This document shows positions 9,141 through 17,224 of a stretch of DNA of 64,000 nt, one piece after another. Numbering within the stretch: position 1 is the stretch's first letter; every line of letters starts with the position of its first letter. The stretch spans positions 65-64,064 of the forward strand of contig CAYFQP010000034.1 of NCBI GenBank assembly GCA_964345375.1, in the 5' to 3' direction. The notes under the pieces were generated by a model. It had not been told where the DNA came from and ran no database searches. It was given only the letters and a program-made list of their open reading frames with translations. Source of the DNA: an uncultured Gammaproteobacteria bacterium (lineage in GTDB: Bacteria > Patescibacteriota > Microgenomatia > CAYFQP01). The position numbers were made by a program, and so were the translations under genes.

Positions 9141-9216
9141 TGGGGTGGCTGAGGGGATTTGAACCCCCGACCTTCCCGTTCACAGCGGGACGCTCTACCC
9201 CTGAGCTACAACCACC
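9141..9216 (-). tRNA. tRNA-His (anticodon GUG) with genomically encoded G-1 and CCA
   Basis: Reverse complement GGTGGTTGTAGCTCAGGGGTAGAGCGTCCCGCTGTGAACGGGAAGGTCGGGGGTTCAAATCCCCTCAGCCACCCCA folds as a cloverleaf: extra 5' G, 7-bp acceptor stem, anticodon loop CUGUGAA, C73 discriminator. Confidence 0.85.
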
Positions 9217-9231
9217 AAGTTTTTTCTCATC

Positions 9232-9253
9232 AAAAAACCAGCCCGTTGGCTGG
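9232..9253 (-). terminator. intrinsic terminator hairpin downstream of the 9375-10139 gene
   Basis: CCAGCC-CGTT-GGCTGG stem-loop followed on the minus strand by a 6-U run. Confidence 0.5.
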
Positions 9254-9374
9254 TTTCCTCTCTTTTCTCTCCACACCAAAACCAACCAACGATTACTCGT
9301 GGCTGTGGTGATGATGAAGAGATAAAGATCTCATCTTGGTTAATATTCTATCTTCTTTAGGCTTGATTGTCAAA

Positions 9375-10139
9375 TTATTCCTCTTCCTCAGGAGTGGGGG
9401 AAGCTTTAGGAGTAGGGATAATCTCTTCTTCTGTTTCAGCTGATAGAAGACGGATAAGGGTAGCGGCAATCGTTTTGTTTTCGTTCTCTAGGGTGCCAAC
9501 AACAACCAAGCGATCACCAATTTCCAGATCTTTGAATCCAATCTCTTCAGTTTCTTCATCAATCTTTTGATTGATTTCTGTTTTAGCAGTGACTTCAATT
9601 TCATAAGTCACTTCTTCTTTTAGAGTGTTGAGGCTAATGATTTCTTCTTCTTGGCTGAGATCAGCGATTGTTCCATAAACTGCTTCTCTTACTTCAGTTG
9701 GTTCAGGCTCTTCAGCCAGGACCGAAATTCTTTTACCAGTCAGAATATCTTCTTCTAAATAACCCATGGCAATAATAAAGTCTTCAATTTCTAAGTCATT
9801 AATCTCAATCGCTTGGTTACTCTTACCAATAAAAGTCGTCTCGTCATCGGTCTTGACAATCTCTTCTTTTTCTTGATATTCAAGTATTAGAGTCGAGTTG
9901 CTAATATCAGTTAAATTGCCAAAGAAGGCGCCCTTCCTTGAGCCTGATTCTTTGATGGCTTCGATTCTTTCCTGAACTTTTTCTTTGATTTCTGGACTGA
10001 TTTCTTCTTCCTCTTCTGCTGGAGTTGGGGTTGGGGTTTGGGCAAGTGACTTTGTTAGTAAGAGAGAACCGACGACAAAGAAAGAAGCAAAGAGAATAAG
10101 AATGAATTTTAGGTATTTTTTATTGTTGATTCCTTTCAT
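9375..10139 (-). CDS. membrane-anchored/secreted acidic protein with PT-rich linkers
   Basis: N-terminal TM/signal (LKFILILFASFFVVGSLLL) then PTPTPAEEEEE linker; C-terminal PTPKASPTPEEEE. Start set at MKGINNKK to avoid overlapping the upstream gene. Confidence 0.5.
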   Translation of the reverse strand: MKGINNKKYLKFILILFASFFVVGSLLLTKSLAQTPTPTPAEEEEEISPEIKEKVQERIEAIKESGSRKGAFFGNLTDISNSTLILEYQEKEEIVKTDDETTFIGKSNQAIEINDLEIEDFIIAMGYLEEDILTGKRISVLAEEPEPTEVREAVYGTIADLSQEEEIISLNTLKEEVTYEIEVTAKTEINQKIDEETEEIGFKDLEIGDRLVVVGTLENENKTIAATLIRLLSAETEEEIIPTPKASPTPEEEE

Positions 10140-10140
10140 T

Positions 10141-10569
10141 TTAGATTTCTGCGGTTGAATAAACAATGTTGACAGTCTTACTGGTTTTTTCTCCCTCAGG
10201 ACTAAAAGCAATAACTTGGATTTCATTAATACCCCTGATTAAACCAATCTCAGTGGCAAAACTACCGTTCTCATCAGCTTCAATGATTTTCTCTCCTCTC
10301 TCAGTAGCAATAATAATAATCGCTTCAGGCACAGATGAGCCTTTAAACTCGATTTCACTGGTATCAACCAGAGCATTTTCTTCTGGCGAACTAATGTCCA
10401 GAGAAATTCCTATAGGTGTAGGAGTTGGCTCTAAAGTTTCGGCGGCTTCTTGTTCAGGAGGAGCTTCTCTTTTAGTCTGAATGGCTTTGTTAGCAGTCCA
10501 AATTCCGAAGGTAATCAAGAGACCAAGGGCAAATCCAATGACAATGGCAATCAGGATTTCCTTTTTCAT
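10141..10569 (-). CDS. small membrane-anchored protein with PT linker (paralogous architecture to the downstream gene)
   Basis: MKKEILIAIVIGFALGLLITFGIW TM, then EPTPTPIG linker and a ~90-aa domain. Confidence 0.5.
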   Translation of the reverse strand: MKKEILIAIVIGFALGLLITFGIWTANKAIQTKREAPPEQEAAETLEPTPTPIGISLDISSPEENALVDTSEIEFKGSSVPEAIIIIATERGEKIIEADENGSFATEIGLIRGINEIQVIAFSPEGEKTSKTVNIVYSTAEI

Positions 10570-10635
10570 GGCTAAATACTATAGCGTAAAATATCCTCCT
10601 TGTCAAGCCGAGAAGTTTTTGCTATTATCAATCTA

Positions 10636-11283
10636 ATGGAAATTAAATATCTAGGCCACTCTTCCTTCAGAATCAAAGGTAAAAACGCGGTGGTTGTTAC
10701 TGATCCCTACGCTGATTATGTTGGTTTTAAATTTCCCCAAACCGAAGCAGACATTGTTACTATTTCTCATGACCACCAAGACCATAATCAGAAAGACTTA
10801 GTTAAAGGAAACCCTTTTGTTATCAAAGGACCGGGTGAATATGAAGTCAAAGGAGTTTCTGTTTTTGGGATTCAGACTTTCCACGACGAGTCTCAAGGAG
10901 CCAAGCGAGGTGAAAATACGGTTTACCGACTAGAATTAGACGGCATTAGCCTCTGTCATTTAGGTGACTTAGGCCATCTTCTCTCATCTCAGCAGCTAGG
11001 TGAATTAAATGGAGTTGACATTTTGTTTATCCCGGTTGGTGGCGTTTATACAATTGGACCAAAAAGAGCAGTGGAAGTTATTGGCCAGATTGAGCCAAAA
11101 ATTGTTATTCCCATGCACTATCTTGTTCCTGAACAGAAAGGAAATAAGACTTTTGCTGATTTAGCCAAGGTTGAAGAGTTTCTTAAGGAGATTGGTGAGG
11201 AAGTCAAGCCCCAGCCAAAATTGACTGTCAGTCGAGAAAGACTTCCAACTGAGCGCGAAGTGGTCGTTTTGGAAAGGAAATAG
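10636..11283 (+). CDS. MBL-fold metal-dependent hydrolase (UPF0173-like)
   Basis: ISHDHQDHN (HxHxDH) motif, later conserved His and Asp residues; start placed at MEIKYLGHSSF. Confidence 0.75.
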   Translation: MEIKYLGHSSFRIKGKNAVVVTDPYADYVGFKFPQTEADIVTISHDHQDHNQKDLVKGNPFVIKGPGEYEVKGVSVFGIQTFHDESQGAKRGENTVYRLELDGISLCHLGDLGHLLSSQQLGELNGVDILFIPVGGVYTIGPKRAVEVIGQIEPKIVIPMHYLVPEQKGNKTFADLAKVEEFLKEIGEEVKPQPKLTVSRERLPTEREVVVLERK

Positions 11284-11286
11284 CCA

Positions 11287-12600
11287 ATGCCAGAAGCGAG
11301 AGTCCCTCCTCACTCCAAAGAGGTGGAAGAATCAGTCCTAGGTGCCTGCCTAATCGATAAAGACGCGATTATTGCCGTGGTTGAGTTTCTTCGGCCTGAG
11401 CACTTCTATGATGAAAATAATGGCCAGATTTTTGAAGCCATTCTTAGTCTCTATGAAGATCGAGAGCCAATTGACATTGTCACCCTGGCGGAAAAATTAA
11501 AAAAACAAAAGGCTCTCAAGAAAATCGGGGGAGCCGCTTATTTATCTTCTTTAGCTTCTTCGGTGCCTACAGCCGCTAATGTTGAGCATTATGGCCGGAT
11601 TATTAAAGATAATTTTACTAAGCGGAGATTAATTTCAGCGGCCGCTAAGGTCTCGGAACAGGCTTTTGACGAATCAACAGAAGCCGGCCAAGTTTTAGAT
11701 AAAGCCGAACAAGAGATTTTTGCTCTTTCTCAGGCTCATCTTAAGCAGGTTTTTATTCCCGTTAAAGACGCTCTGGCCGAGTCTTTTGACCGCTTGGACG
11801 AGCTTCATAAAAAAGCGAGTGGTTTAAGAGGAGTACCAACTGGATTTAAGGACTTAGATGATTTACTGGCTGGTTTTCAGCCTTCAAATATGGTTGTTTT
11901 GGCGGCTCGGCCAGGAATTGGTAAAACAGCTCTGGCTCTCAATATTGCCCGCTATGCTGCGGTTGAGGAAAAGACTCCGGTTGGTTTCTTTTCCTTAGAA
12001 ATGAGTAAAGAGGAATTGGTTGACCGTCTCTTGGTAAGACAGGCAGAGATTGATGCCTGGAAATTAAAGACTGGAAGATTGGAAGAAGAAGATTTTACTC
12101 GTTTGTCTGAGGCAATGGGAGTTTTGGCTGAGGCGCCTCTTTTTGTTGACGATACGCCAGCTGCGAGTATCCTGGAGATGAGAACCAAGGCAAGAAGATT
12201 ACAGGTGGAAAAAGGCCTGGAGTTGATTATTGTTGACTATCTTCAGTTAGTCAGAGCCAGACAAATGGATAACCGAGTTCAAGAAGTTTCAGAGATTTCC
12301 ATGGGCTTAAAGAACTTAGCTCGGGAATTAAAATTACCGGTTTTAGCTGTTTCCCAGTTATCAAGAGCGGTTGAGGTTAGAGGCGGAGCCAGACCAAGAC
12401 TGGCTGACTTAAGAGAATCAGGTTCAATTGAGCAGGATGCGGATGTGGTTGTCTTTCTTTACCGGGAAGATGAAGAAGCTCCAGAGAATGTGACCGCTGA
12501 AATTGCCAAACATAGAAATGGACCAACAGGCAGTTTTAAACTCCGCTTTGTTCCCGCCAGAATCAGTTTCTACGGGATGGAAGTTAAGAGGGAAAAATAA
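11287..12600 (+). CDS. dnaB: replicative DNA helicase DnaB (no intein)
   Basis: N-terminal DnaB domain (PHSKEVEESVLGACL), Walker A ARPGIGKTALALN, Walker B IIVDYLQL, RESGSIEQDADVV. Confidence 0.92.
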   Translation: MPEARVPPHSKEVEESVLGACLIDKDAIIAVVEFLRPEHFYDENNGQIFEAILSLYEDREPIDIVTLAEKLKKQKALKKIGGAAYLSSLASSVPTAANVEHYGRIIKDNFTKRRLISAAAKVSEQAFDESTEAGQVLDKAEQEIFALSQAHLKQVFIPVKDALAESFDRLDELHKKASGLRGVPTGFKDLDDLLAGFQPSNMVVLAARPGIGKTALALNIARYAAVEEKTPVGFFSLEMSKEELVDRLLVRQAEIDAWKLKTGRLEEEDFTRLSEAMGVLAEAPLFVDDTPAASILEMRTKARRLQVEKGLELIIVDYLQLVRARQMDNRVQEVSEISMGLKNLARELKLPVLAVSQLSRAVEVRGGARPRLADLRESGSIEQDADVVVFLYREDEEAPENVTAEIAKHRNGPTGSFKLRFVPARISFYGMEVKREK

Positions 12601-12633
12601 GAAATTTCCTGCCTGGAGGAGGTGGAAACTTAA

Positions 12634-13152
12634 TTGAGTGAGAGAAGAAGAGAAGACTTGGCTGACGAAGGACTCGATCAAGCCTTTGAAGAAGGACTTA
12701 AATGGCTAAATTCATTATCAGTTAGAATGGGAATTCGCGAGTCCGATGTAGTTGTTGTGATTGGCGGTGGAACGTATGTTGAAGGAATGGGTTTAGGTCC
12801 AAAAAAAGTTAAGGGCGTGAGACTGTTTTCAGTTAATTTAAGATTTTCTAATGGAACGACTGAGAACTACTCGATTTCTTCAGAAACCGGCTTATTATCG
12901 GTCGAAAGAAGAGGCGATTTACAGATGGACACAATGATATTGGGAAAACTGCCGATTCGGGGAATCCGCAAACTTTCTGGTTGTCCTAATAGTTGGGGAT
13001 GGGAGACAATTGAGGAGGGTCGTTATGAGCTGGTTTATAATGAGCCTCGTGCAGATTTTAGCAATGAGGGTGTACTACAATCTGATGAAGTTAAGGAGAG
13101 AAAGATTAGAGCTTTAGAGGTTATCTCTTGGCTAGGAAGAAATTTTACCTAA
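12634..13152 (+). CDS. hypothetical protein (TTG start, strong SD GGAGGAGGTGG)
   Basis: 172-aa ORF with a good upstream Shine-Dalgarno, unusual in this window, and locally higher GC. No recognisable family. Confidence 0.45.
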   Translation: MSERRREDLADEGLDQAFEEGLKWLNSLSVRMGIRESDVVVVIGGGTYVEGMGLGPKKVKGVRLFSVNLRFSNGTTENYSISSETGLLSVERRGDLQMDTMILGKLPIRGIRKLSGCPNSWGWETIEEGRYELVYNEPRADFSNEGVLQSDEVKERKIRALEVISWLGRNFT

Positions 13153-13159
13153 TCGTTTG

Positions 13160-13245
13160 TGCCGAGGGCCGGAGTCGAACCGGCACGGAGTTTTACCTCC
13201 ATAGGTTTTTGAGACCTACGTGTCTACCAATTCCACCACCTCGGC
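13160..13245 (-). tRNA. tRNA-Leu (anticodon CAA), long variable arm, CCA not encoded
   Basis: Reverse complement GCCGAGGTGGTGGAATTGGTAGACACGTAGGTCTCAAAAACCTATGGAGGTAAAACTCCGTGCCGGTTCGACTCCGGCCCTCGGCA: 7-bp acceptor stem, anticodon loop CUCAAAA, class II variable arm. Confidence 0.8.
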
Positions 13246-13330
13246 TTAGTTCTTAATTTTATCATTCTCAACCTGTTTTATCAATTTATTTCCCTTGTTT
13301 TTAGCCTTGATTTGAGTTAAAATTCAACAG

Positions 13331-13891
13331 ATGATTGGTGTGACTGAATTAAGAGCCGGGAAAACATTTAAAGAAAAAGGTGATCCCTACCTTGTTCTTA
13401 AGTATGAGCACACCAAGATAGGCCGGGGAACAGCCAATATTAAGGTCAAGGTCAGGAACCTAAGAACCGGCTCGGTGATGGAAAAGACCTTTATCTCTGG
13501 CGCCAAAGTCGAGGAAGTTTCCACTCAGAAGAAAAAACTTCAGTATCTCTATTCTGACCAGACAGGTTATCATTTTATTGACCCAAAGAGTTATGAGCAG
13601 TTTGTTATTTCTCCTCAACTTTTAGAGGACCAAACTAATTTTCTAAAAGAAGAAGCTAAGATTGATGTTCTCTTTATCGAGGCTGAGCCGGTTTCAGTTG
13701 AATTACCAACCAAAATGAAATTTAAGATAAGGGAGACAGGGCCAGGGATTAAAGGCAATAGTGCAACCAATATTTTTAAACCAGCCATTTTGGAAAATGG
13801 AGTGAAGATTAAGGTGCCCCTTTTTATTAAGACTGGCGAGGAAATCTGGCTGGATACGAGAACAGGGGAGTATTTGGAGAGAGTTAAGTAA
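13331..13891 (+). CDS. efp: elongation factor P
   Basis: 186 aa, MIGVTELRAGKTFKEKGDPYLVLKYEHTKIGRGTANIKVKVRNLRTG typical EF-P domain I with the loop Lys. Confidence 0.9.
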   Translation: MIGVTELRAGKTFKEKGDPYLVLKYEHTKIGRGTANIKVKVRNLRTGSVMEKTFISGAKVEEVSTQKKKLQYLYSDQTGYHFIDPKSYEQFVISPQLLEDQTNFLKEEAKIDVLFIEAEPVSVELPTKMKFKIRETGPGIKGNSATNIFKPAILENGVKIKVPLFIKTGEEIWLDTRTGEYLERVK

Positions 13892-14348
13892 AGAAGATTA
13901 GGTAAAAGCAGAACAAGAGAAGAATTGCTTGGCTAAAGATTCCTGGCCAAAAGGAAACATTCCATTGAAGCTTTCGTTGAAGATTGATTAACTTGATAAT
14001 ATATTTGTTCCTCCAGCCTAAAAAGAAATAAGGTGCTTCGAACAAATCCATCGAGACAGCTAGAAAACAGCTTCCCAAGACCACAGCCACTCGGAATAAG
14101 TCCGGATAAAATCGAAAAGCAAGGAAAAGGCCGAGAATTAAGGCGAGACTGGAATCAAAGAGAACGATTTTTAATGACCGAGAGGAAATTTTTCCTTTTT
14201 GATTGACTTCAGTAAAAAGATGAGGGTTCCAGTGGGGAAGAAAGTCAAGGACAAAATTAGAGAGGAAGGCTAGAGGAAAAGCAATTAAAGGATTACCGGT
14301 CTTGGTAGCGATCGTGACGCCAATAATTGCGTGTGGCAATTCAAGCAC
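13884..14348 (-). CDS. hypothetical integral membrane protein
   Basis: 154 aa, about 4 hydrophobic helices, convergent with efp. Confidence 0.4.
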   Translation of the reverse strand: MLELPHAIIGVTIATKTGNPLIAFPLAFLSNFVLDFLPHWNPHLFTEVNQKGKISSRSLKIVLFDSSLALILGLFLAFRFYPDLFRVAVVLGSCFLAVSMDLFEAPYFFLGWRNKYIIKLINLQRKLQWNVSFWPGIFSQAILLLFCFYLIFFT

Positions 14349-14437
14349 AGTGTTTAAGAGTATACTCTTGAGACTAGAGAGTTGTCAACTGATTAAAAAG
14401 ATGGACAGAATCAAAGTTTAATTGTATTATTAAATTA

Positions 14438-15181
14438 ATGGTTCCCGTGATTTTTAGTTTAGGTCCAATTACTATTTCTCCCTTAACTATCTTGATCCCA
14501 GTCGCTTTTCTCTTTGCCTCCTTTTTTCTTTGGCAGTCTCTTAAGGAAGATTATCCAGGAGAAGAGGTTATCAGTTTAACAATCTATTTAACCCTAGTTT
14601 TTTTAATCGGCGCCAGAATAATCCATATTCTTTTATTTTTCCAAGAATTTAGATTTTCTTTAATCAAATGGCTCTTAATTAACCATTATCCTGGTTTCTC
14701 TTTTCTCGGTGGTTTTTTAGCCTCATCTGCCTTTCTCATTTTCTGGGCTAAGAAAAAAAATTGGGATTTTTGGGAATTAGCTGAAGTCATTGTTCCAGCC
14801 TGGTTTTTAGTTGCTTTTTTAGTCGGGATTGGTCTTTATCTAGTCTCAGCTAAAATAATTTTCTTAGCTGAAAGTTTTTTAGCTTTTCTTCTCTTTTTTC
14901 TTAGTCATTATCTGAAAAGAAAATATCGTTCCTTTACCTGGTATAAAAGTGGCAAGCTAGGTTTTGTTGGTTGTTTGACGACCTCCTTTTATATGATTGG
15001 GAAGTTTTTACTTGAAATTTATAATCATTCTGGTTTATACTGGGAGGGTATTTTTCTCTGGGGATTGGCAATTGCTTGTTGGGTTTTTATTTATTTAAGA
15101 TCAGGGAGAAAACCTAGAGAAGATTTAGGAAAAATTTCTTTGCTAAGAAAGAGAAGAGGTTATGAAGAAACCGAGTATTAA
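14438..15181 (+). CDS. lgt: prolipoprotein diacylglyceryl transferase-like membrane protein
   Basis: N-terminus PVIFSLGPITISPL matches the Lgt signature (E. coli PVIFSIGPVAL); LIGARIIHILLF resembles the Lgt GARLGHV region; multi-TM. The canonical GRxGNFxNxE motif is not evident, so the call is tentative. Confidence 0.5.
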   Translation: MVPVIFSLGPITISPLTILIPVAFLFASFFLWQSLKEDYPGEEVISLTIYLTLVFLIGARIIHILLFFQEFRFSLIKWLLINHYPGFSFLGGFLASSAFLIFWAKKKNWDFWELAEVIVPAWFLVAFLVGIGLYLVSAKIIFLAESFLAFLLFFLSHYLKRKYRSFTWYKSGKLGFVGCLTTSFYMIGKFLLEIYNHSGLYWEGIFLWGLAIACWVFIYLRSGRKPREDLGKISLLRKRRGYEETEY

Positions 15182-15536
15182 ATTTCCGGCCAGACTCTTG
15201 AGGCCGATTGCGACTTTTCTTCGTCGAGAAGAGAAGAGATTAGAAAAACGGAAAAAAGACTTAGAAAAAGAAGACCCTTTTTCTGACCCAATCCGCTTGA
15301 CTGATAACGCTGCTTCTGATGCTGATGCGGCTGAACAATTTGGTCATGCCCGGATTGAGGCAATGAAAAGACAGATTGAAAAAAGGCAGATTGACATTAG
15401 AAAAGCTTTAGGAAGAATAAAGATTGGTCATTATGGTACTTGTGAGAAATGTGGCAAGATGATTGACACTGACCGATTAATGGTTAAGCCAGAGGCGACT
15501 CTTTGTATTGATTGTGAGAGAAAAAAAGGAAAATGA
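15162..15536 (+). CDS. dksA: DksA/TraR family C4-type zinc-finger protein
   Basis: Coiled-coil region then CEKCGKMI...CIDCERKK zinc finger. Confidence 0.75.
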   Translation: MKKPSIKFPARLLRPIATFLRREEKRLEKRKKDLEKEDPFSDPIRLTDNAASDADAAEQFGHARIEAMKRQIEKRQIDIRKALGRIKIGHYGTCEKCGKMIDTDRLMVKPEATLCIDCERKKGK

Positions 15537-15579
15537 GTTAGTCTTTAGATTCTAAACAGAATTTATTATTAGAGAGAAT

Positions 15580-15602
15580 CCCGCTAAAGAGGCGGGTTTT
15601 TT
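15580..15602 (+). terminator. rho-independent terminator after dksA
   Basis: CCCGC-TAAAGAG-GCGGG hairpin followed by TTTTTT. Confidence 0.6.
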
Positions 15603-15616
15603 GATAGAATAGGACT

Positions 15617-16318
15617 ATGAAACCAAAAGTCACTTTTGAAGATAAAGAGATTTTAATCATCGATAAACCAGCCGGAATGGTGGTTAATCGAGCCAAATCA
15701 GTTAAAGAAGAAACAGTTCAAGACTGGGTAGGCAATTATTTAAAGATAAAAGGAAGGGGGATAGGAGACAGGGCCGGGATTGTTCACCGCCTAGACAAAG
15801 AAACGAGTGGCTTATTAATCATTGCCAAGACAGAAAAAGCTTTTAAGAATCTACAAAAACAATTTAAGGAAAGAAGAGTAGAGAAGAGATATTTAGCCTT
15901 AGTCCATGGTAAGGTTGAACCCGAGAAAGGAGAAATTAAGGCCCCAGTTGGCAGACTACCTTGGCAGAGAGAAAAATTTGGGGTCATTCCAGGCGGAAGA
16001 GAAGCAAAAACAAAATATAAAAGAACCTCAAGTTTTCAACATCAAGATTCAGATTATTCTTTATTAGAATTAAAGCCTGAAACTGGAAGGACCCATCAAA
16101 TTAGAGTTCATCTTAAATACTGGGGCCATCCAATTGTGGCTGATGAGAAATATGCGGGCCGAAAAACCAGTCGAAAAGACCGAGAGTGGTGTCCGCGATT
16201 ATTCTTACATGCTGCTTATCTTGCCTTTAATCATCCTAAAACAAATAAACAGGTCGAATTTTCATCTTCTTTATCTTTGGATTTAAAAAATGCTCTCAGG
16301 TTTAATTTATTGTCCTAA
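15617..16318 (+). CDS. RluA-family pseudouridine synthase (no N-terminal S4 domain)
   Basis: HRLDKETSGLLIIAKT catalytic Asp motif, HQIRVHL, ADEKYAGR. Confidence 0.85.
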   Translation: MKPKVTFEDKEILIIDKPAGMVVNRAKSVKEETVQDWVGNYLKIKGRGIGDRAGIVHRLDKETSGLLIIAKTEKAFKNLQKQFKERRVEKRYLALVHGKVEPEKGEIKAPVGRLPWQREKFGVIPGGREAKTKYKRTSSFQHQDSDYSLLELKPETGRTHQIRVHLKYWGHPIVADEKYAGRKTSRKDREWCPRLFLHAAYLAFNHPKTNKQVEFSSSLSLDLKNALRFNLLS

Positions 16319-16320
16319 AA

Positions 16321-16329
16321 TGGTATAAT
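16321..16329 (+). promoter_or_regulatory. extended -10 promoter element (TGGTATAAT) upstream of the 16390 gene
   Basis: Perfect TGnTATAAT followed by an AT-rich leader. Confidence 0.4.
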
Positions 16330-16389
16330 GTCTTTATAAATTCTTTTTGGTTTATATAAGAAGAAATCTTATACATTTAGAAATTAAAA

Positions 16390-16737
16390 ATGAGCCAAGA
16401 ATTAGAAAGTCATCTAAGTAATCAACAAGAAGCTCGGCGGCAAAAGATGGAGCTTATAAAGGCGTGGACAAAACGTTTAGCGCCGGCAGTTTTACTTTTG
16501 GCACTTCGAGGCGAACCAGAGATGGTGGCTCCCTCATCTTTTGATCCATCGGTTGAGGAAGCTAAGAAGGTTTGTCCTAGTGAACGACATGAATTAGGTG
16601 CTGCTCCATGGGGCGAAGAGTCAAAGAGTGACGAATATGGATGCTGGATTGAAGTAATTAGAGAGGACGATGGTCTTTACCATGTTTATGTTGGCCCCGG
16701 ATCAGCTAATCAGAACACCTCAAATAGCGAAAAATAA
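16390..16737 (+). CDS. hypothetical acidic cytoplasmic protein
   Basis: 115-aa ORF with noticeably higher GC than its surroundings; no known motif. Confidence 0.45.
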   Translation: MSQELESHLSNQQEARRQKMELIKAWTKRLAPAVLLLALRGEPEMVAPSSFDPSVEEAKKVCPSERHELGAAPWGEESKSDEYGCWIEVIREDDGLYHVYVGPGSANQNTSNSEK

Positions 16738-16765
16738 AAAATCTCCTGGTTGACATGGCTCCTTT

Positions 16766-17224
16766 TTGTCCTTTATCCTTAAGGCAAGAATGTTGACTTG
16801 GGAAAAAAGAAGAATTGTCATTTTTAGTCTCTTGTTGTTTTTTTTCACATCCCTTCTTTCTTTAGGAGTCCTTTATTGGTATACCGATGGTGAATTGTGG
16901 AATTATGAGGTAGGAAAGTTGAGAATAAAAAAGAAAGGAATATATACTTATGTTCAGTCTGAGGAAATGGGAACAGACAGGTTTCTTCAGGGAACGATTA
17001 CAGAGGCACATACTGACGGCTCATTTTCCCTAAGAGTTAAAGATTCAGATAGAATAATAAACCTTATTTTAAAACAAGGAGCAACTCTTTTTAGTTGGCA
17101 AGAGGGAGAAAATCAAGCACATCATGGCGAAGAACTCGAATTGGGAGATCAAGTTTTGGTTTCTGGTATCTCCGAATTAAGCAAAGATCAAATCGAAGTA
17201 AGTCGGATAACTGTTTTAAGATGA
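16766..17224 (+). CDS. hypothetical membrane-anchored protein
   Basis: N-terminal TM (IVIFSLLLFFFTSLLSLGVLYW); the stop overlaps the next start (ATGA). Confidence 0.4.
   Translation: MSFILKARMLTWEKRRIVIFSLLLFFFTSLLSLGVLYWYTDGELWNYEVGKLRIKKKGIYTYVQSEEMGTDRFLQGTITEAHTDGSFSLRVKDSDRIINLILKQGATLFSWQEGENQAHHGEELELGDQVLVSGISELSKDQIEVSRITVLR

Noticed and set aside
9070-9325. Two ORFs (9070-9285 -, 9140-9325 +) covering the tRNA-His gene
   Set aside because: The sequence folds into a canonical tRNA-His; ORFs across tRNA genes are artefacts.
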